Shown here one piece after another: positions 60,777 through 64,000 of a stretch of 64,000 nt of DNA. The position numbers were made by a program, and so were the translations under genes. Source of the stretch: Candidatus Marinacidobacterium sp. (GTDB lineage Bacteria; Acidobacteriota; Vicinamibacteria; Marinacidobacterales; Marinacidobacteraceae); the NCBI GenBank assembly GCA_965204755.1, contig OZ242011.1, forward strand, positions 1,504,001-1,568,000. Reading direction: 5' to 3'. The notes below the pieces were generated by a model. The model saw only the letters and a list, made by a program, of their open reading frames with translations, had not been told where the DNA came from and searched no databases. Position 1 is the stretch's first letter, and each line of letters opens with the position of its first letter.

Positions 60777-61912
60777 TGCCGCGCCGCTCCCGCTCGCACC
60801 CCGGGCGCGCGCTTCGGCGCGCCGCGCCCCCTGGCGCGCCGCTGCTCTGCGCTCTCGGTCTGCTCTGGGCGGCCGCGGCAGCCGCGCAAACCTCGTCGAG
60901 CGGTTCGCCGAACAAGTTGCTCGCCGGCATCTGGCCGGACCAGTTGCTGACCTTCGACCAGGAAACCATGGAGTTCGAGAAGATCGGCTCGCTGCGGCAC
61001 GGCGCGGCCACGAACTTCCGCCGGACCGCCGACGGGCGGTTCTTCCTGTTCGTGACGAACCGGATGGAGACCGTCGAAGTCTTCGACGCCGCCGAGATGG
61101 CCGTGGTGGACGAGGTGATGCTGAGCGAGGGGAATCGCCGCGTGCGGTTCATGAGCGCGACTCCGGGGCCCGGCGCCCGGCGCATCTTCCTCGTGCCCGT
61201 CGTCGTGGAGATGGAAGCCGACCGTTTCCTCCACCGCAGCGAAGACGACATCCTGGTGTTCGACCGGGAGCGGGGCGAGGTCGTCCACCGCATCCCGACC
61301 GGCGATCTCGACTCCTGGCGCCCCAGCATCCATTTCAGCCCCGACGGCAGCCGGATGTACTTCGTGGGTGACGAGATCGTGGAAGTGGACAGCGAAACCT
61401 ACGAAGAGTTGGACCGGGTTCGGCTCGACGCTCCGCTCGCCCCGGGTTACGGCGGCGTTCGCGGCCATTCGCTCTCCGTGATCGCGCCCGGCCGGCTGTT
61501 CGGGATCTACCGCACGACGGAGCCGCGTCAGGGTCTGGCCCTGTTCGGCGTCCTCGAGATCCGGCTGCCGGAGAAGACCTTCACGCACTACGAGGTCGGC
61601 CCGGCGATGCGGCTCTCCCGCTTCGCGATGTCACCCGACGGTTCGCGGGGTTACGCGGGGCTGAGCGACGCGGCCGTGATCGATATGGAATCGCGTCGGG
61701 TGATCCTGCGGAAGAAGGGCTTCGAGCGCGGGCGGACGAACACCTCGATGATCGTCTCCCACGACGGCGAACGGGTGTTCATCTCCGGAGTCGGCGACAG
61801 CATCTGGGTGCATGACGCCGAAACCCTGGAGCGCGAGGCGGAAGTCTTCGCCGGGGGCGACTTCATGATCGCTCCCACGGAAATCACCTACCGGGCCGCC
61901 GCCGGCAACTGA
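60776..61912 (+). CDS. qhpB: Beta-propeller protein, probable QHNDH beta subunit
   Basis: Signal peptide; FSPDG/MSPDG/SHDG repeats; TGATG coupling to qhpC. Confidence 0.75.
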   Translation: MPRRSRSHPGRALRRAAPPGAPLLCALGLLWAAAAAAQTSSSGSPNKLLAGIWPDQLLTFDQETMEFEKIGSLRHGAATNFRRTADGRFFLFVTNRMETVEVFDAAEMAVVDEVMLSEGNRRVRFMSATPGPGARRIFLVPVVVEMEADRFLHRSEDDILVFDRERGEVVHRIPTGDLDSWRPSIHFSPDGSRMYFVGDEIVEVDSETYEELDRVRLDAPLAPGYGGVRGHSLSVIAPGRLFGIYRTTEPRQGLALFGVLEIRLPEKTFTHYEVGPAMRLSRFAMSPDGSRGYAGLSDAAVIDMESRRVILRKKGFERGRTNTSMIVSHDGERVFISGVGDSIWVHDAETLEREAEVFAGGDFMIAPTEITYRAAAGN

Positions 61913-63609
61913 CCCGGAATCCGCCGGCGCCGGCGAAGGCGGGCGCGCCCGCCGGCGCGTACCGCCGCGCCTTCCGGCTGGCGCTTCCCTACTGGAGGCG
62001 GCTCTCCGGGACGCTCGTCCTGTCGCTGGCGGCGGCGCTGCCCGGGCTGCTGTGGCCGCTGCTGCTGCGTCCGCTGGTGGACGACGCCCTGCTCGGCGGT
62101 CAACTGCGCCTGCTCGCCGGGCTGGCGGGGCTGATGGCGGCGATGCAGATCGGCGGTTTCGTCCTCACCTCGTTCGTCGGCTACCGGTATGTGCGGATTT
62201 CCGCCGAGGCGCTGTTCGCCCTGCGGCTTTCCGTGTTCCGGCATCTGCAGCGCCTGTCTCCCCGGTTCTTCGCCCGGGCGCGCACTGGCGACATCCTCTC
62301 CCGGCTGAACGGCGATGTCTCGGAACTGCAGCGGACCGCGGGCGACCTGCCGCTGTCCTTGGTCTCCAACCTCTTCGGCTTGGTCGTCGCGCTCGCCGCG
62401 CTGCTCTGGCTGGCGCCGGCGCTGCTCCTGCCTCCGCTGCTCGCGTTGCCGTTCGCGGCGTTTTCCCTGTGGAAGTGGCGCGAACGGGTCACGCGGCAGA
62501 ACCGGGAACTGCGCGAAGCGAGCGCCTCCGTCGGCAGCGCGCTCGTCGAGTCGGTCCTCGGGATGCGCCAAACCGTCGCCTTCCGGCAGGAAGAACGCGA
62601 AGCGGAGCGGTTTCGCGCCGAGAACGACGGCTTCATCCGCGTGCTGCTGCGCTCGCGCATCACCACCTACGCGGCGTCCGGGATTCCGTCGGGACTCGTT
62701 TCCCTGGCGGGCGCCGCGGCATTCCTCTACGGCGGCGCTCTCGTGATCTCCGGGGAGATGACGCTGGGAACGCTGGGCGCGGCGATGATGTACCAAACCC
62801 GCCTCTTCGGCCCGGTGCAGGGCGTGCTCGGGCAATACCTCGGGCTGCGCGCCGCGCGGGCGTCGTTCGAGCGGGTGTTCGAGTTGCTGGACGAACCGGC
62901 CGGAGTGGAGCCGCCGACCCGCCCGGCGCCGTTCCCGCAGCCGCCGGGGCCGCTGACCGTCGAGCGGGTTTCGCTCTCGTTCGAACGCGGCGGCCCGCCG
63001 GTGTTCGCCGGCGCCGACCTGACCCTGCCGGAGCGGTCGTTGACCGTGCTCGTCGGCCCGACGGGAGTCGGGAAGACGACGCTCACCGATCTCCTCCTGC
63101 GCCGCGCCGACCCCGACTCGGGCCGGATCGTCTGGGGCGGCGCCGACATCCGCGAGTTGGGATTGGAAGACCTGCGGTCGCGGATGGCGGTCGCCGAGCA
63201 GGACCCCTTCCTCTGGAACGCGACCATCGCGGAGAACATCCGCTACGGGCGGCCCGGCGCTTCGGACCCGGAGGTCGCCGAAGCCGTGCGGCTGGTCGCG
63301 CTCGACGAGTTCACGGACTCGCTCCCGGAGGGATTGGAGACCGTGGTGGGCGAACGCGGACAGCAACTCTCCGCCGGCCAGCGCCAACGCATCGCCGCCG
63401 CCCGCGCCGTCCTGGTGGCCCCGGCGCTCGTCGTCCTGGACGAACCCACCTCCGCGCTCGACGAGGCCACGGAGGCGTTGCTGGTGGAACGGCTGACGCC
63501 GTGGCTGCGGAAGCGGATCGCGCTGGTGATGACTCATCGCCCGGCATTCGTCCAAGCCGCCGACCGCGTATGGCGCCTGGAGGACGGCCGCATCGAACCG
63601 GCGCCGTGA
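61909..63609 (+). CDS. qhpF: ABC exporter (TMD plus NBD), QhpF-like; probable CTG start
   Basis: TMD homology extends to about 61960; GPTGVGKT, LSAGQRQR, LDEPTSALD. Confidence 0.85.
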   Translation: MTRNPPAPAKAGAPAGAYRRAFRLALPYWRRLSGTLVLSLAAALPGLLWPLLLRPLVDDALLGGQLRLLAGLAGLMAAMQIGGFVLTSFVGYRYVRISAEALFALRLSVFRHLQRLSPRFFARARTGDILSRLNGDVSELQRTAGDLPLSLVSNLFGLVVALAALLWLAPALLLPPLLALPFAAFSLWKWRERVTRQNRELREASASVGSALVESVLGMRQTVAFRQEEREAERFRAENDGFIRVLLRSRITTYAASGIPSGLVSLAGAAAFLYGGALVISGEMTLGTLGAAMMYQTRLFGPVQGVLGQYLGLRAARASFERVFELLDEPAGVEPPTRPAPFPQPPGPLTVERVSLSFERGGPPVFAGADLTLPERSLTVLVGPTGVGKTTLTDLLLRRADPDSGRIVWGGADIRELGLEDLRSRMAVAEQDPFLWNATIAENIRYGRPGASDPEVAEAVRLVALDEFTDSLPEGLETVVGERGQQLSAGQRQRIAAARAVLVAPALVVLDEPTSALDEATEALLVERLTPWLRKRIALVMTHRPAFVQAADRVWRLEDGRIEPAP

Positions 63610-64000
63610 CCGAGGCGGCCCGACGGGAAGCGGGCGGTCCGCCCGGCCCCGCGTTGTCGCCGCCGCTGACGATCGCGGTCGTGGACAGCGGCATCAACCC
63701 GACGCACCCGCAGGTCGGGCCGGTCGCCGGCGGCGTTCGAATCGCCCTCGTCGAGGGCGAAGTCCGTTACGCGGACGACTGGCGCGACGGCCTCGGCCAC
63801 GGCACCGCTGTCGCCGCCGCGATCTCCGAAGACCTGCCGGAGGAAGGCTGGCGGCTGCTTTCCGTCCGCGTCTTCGGCCGCCGCCTGGAAGCCCCCTCGG
63901 AATGCCTCGCCGCGGGAATCCGCTGGGCGGCGAAACACCGGGCGCGCCTCGTGAACCTCAGCGCCGGAATCCCGCTCGGCTCCGACCCCGCCGGGGAAGC
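63606..64000 (+). CDS. qhpE: Subtilisin-like S8 leader peptidase, 3' truncated by the window edge (not in the ORF track)
   Basis: GTGA overlap with the ABC gene; IAVVDSG, DGLGHGTAVA, VNLSAG. Confidence 0.85.
   Translation, partial: MTEAARREAGGPPGPALSPPLTIAVVDSGINPTHPQVGPVAGGVRIALVEGEVRYADDWRDGLGHGTAVAAAISEDLPEEGWRLLSVRVFGRRLEAPSECLAAGIRWAAKHRARLVNLSAGIPLGSDPAGE

Overview
64 kb of a very GC-rich bacterial chromosome, probably Acidobacteriota. That call is an inference from the ADOP-type permease, the mfd-surA-surA order and the tmRNA tag ANNTELALAA. The housekeeping backbone carries tRNA-Met, tRNA-Leu, carD, plsC, pckA, gpmA, amtB-glnK-glnA, tmRNA, an Slt transglycosylase, mfd, PPIases, moaA, trxA and a CDF transporter. 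Three AT-richer DNA-modification or defence loci interrupt it. (1) 12.1-17.5 kb: a translationally coupled five-gene cassette (GHKL/MORC-like ATPase, two unknown proteins, C5-cytosine methyltransferase, Vsr) with no recognisable restriction nuclease; the ATPase is frameshifted in a C16 tract. (2) 44.5-45.5 kb: an orphan amino-methyltransferase. (3) 48.6-54.6 kb: a Type III R-M system whose mod gene is frameshifted in a G34 tract, plus a DUF2779 protein. The window ends in a quinohemoprotein amine dehydrogenase operon (qhpA-D-C-B-F-E) whose qhpG-like gene lies about 10 kb upstream. Across the whole window the palindromes AGCT and ACGT are almost absent, apparently replaced by their m5C-deamination products (AGTT/AACT, ATGT/ACAT). 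All family assignments come from motif recognition by eye; no database searches were run.
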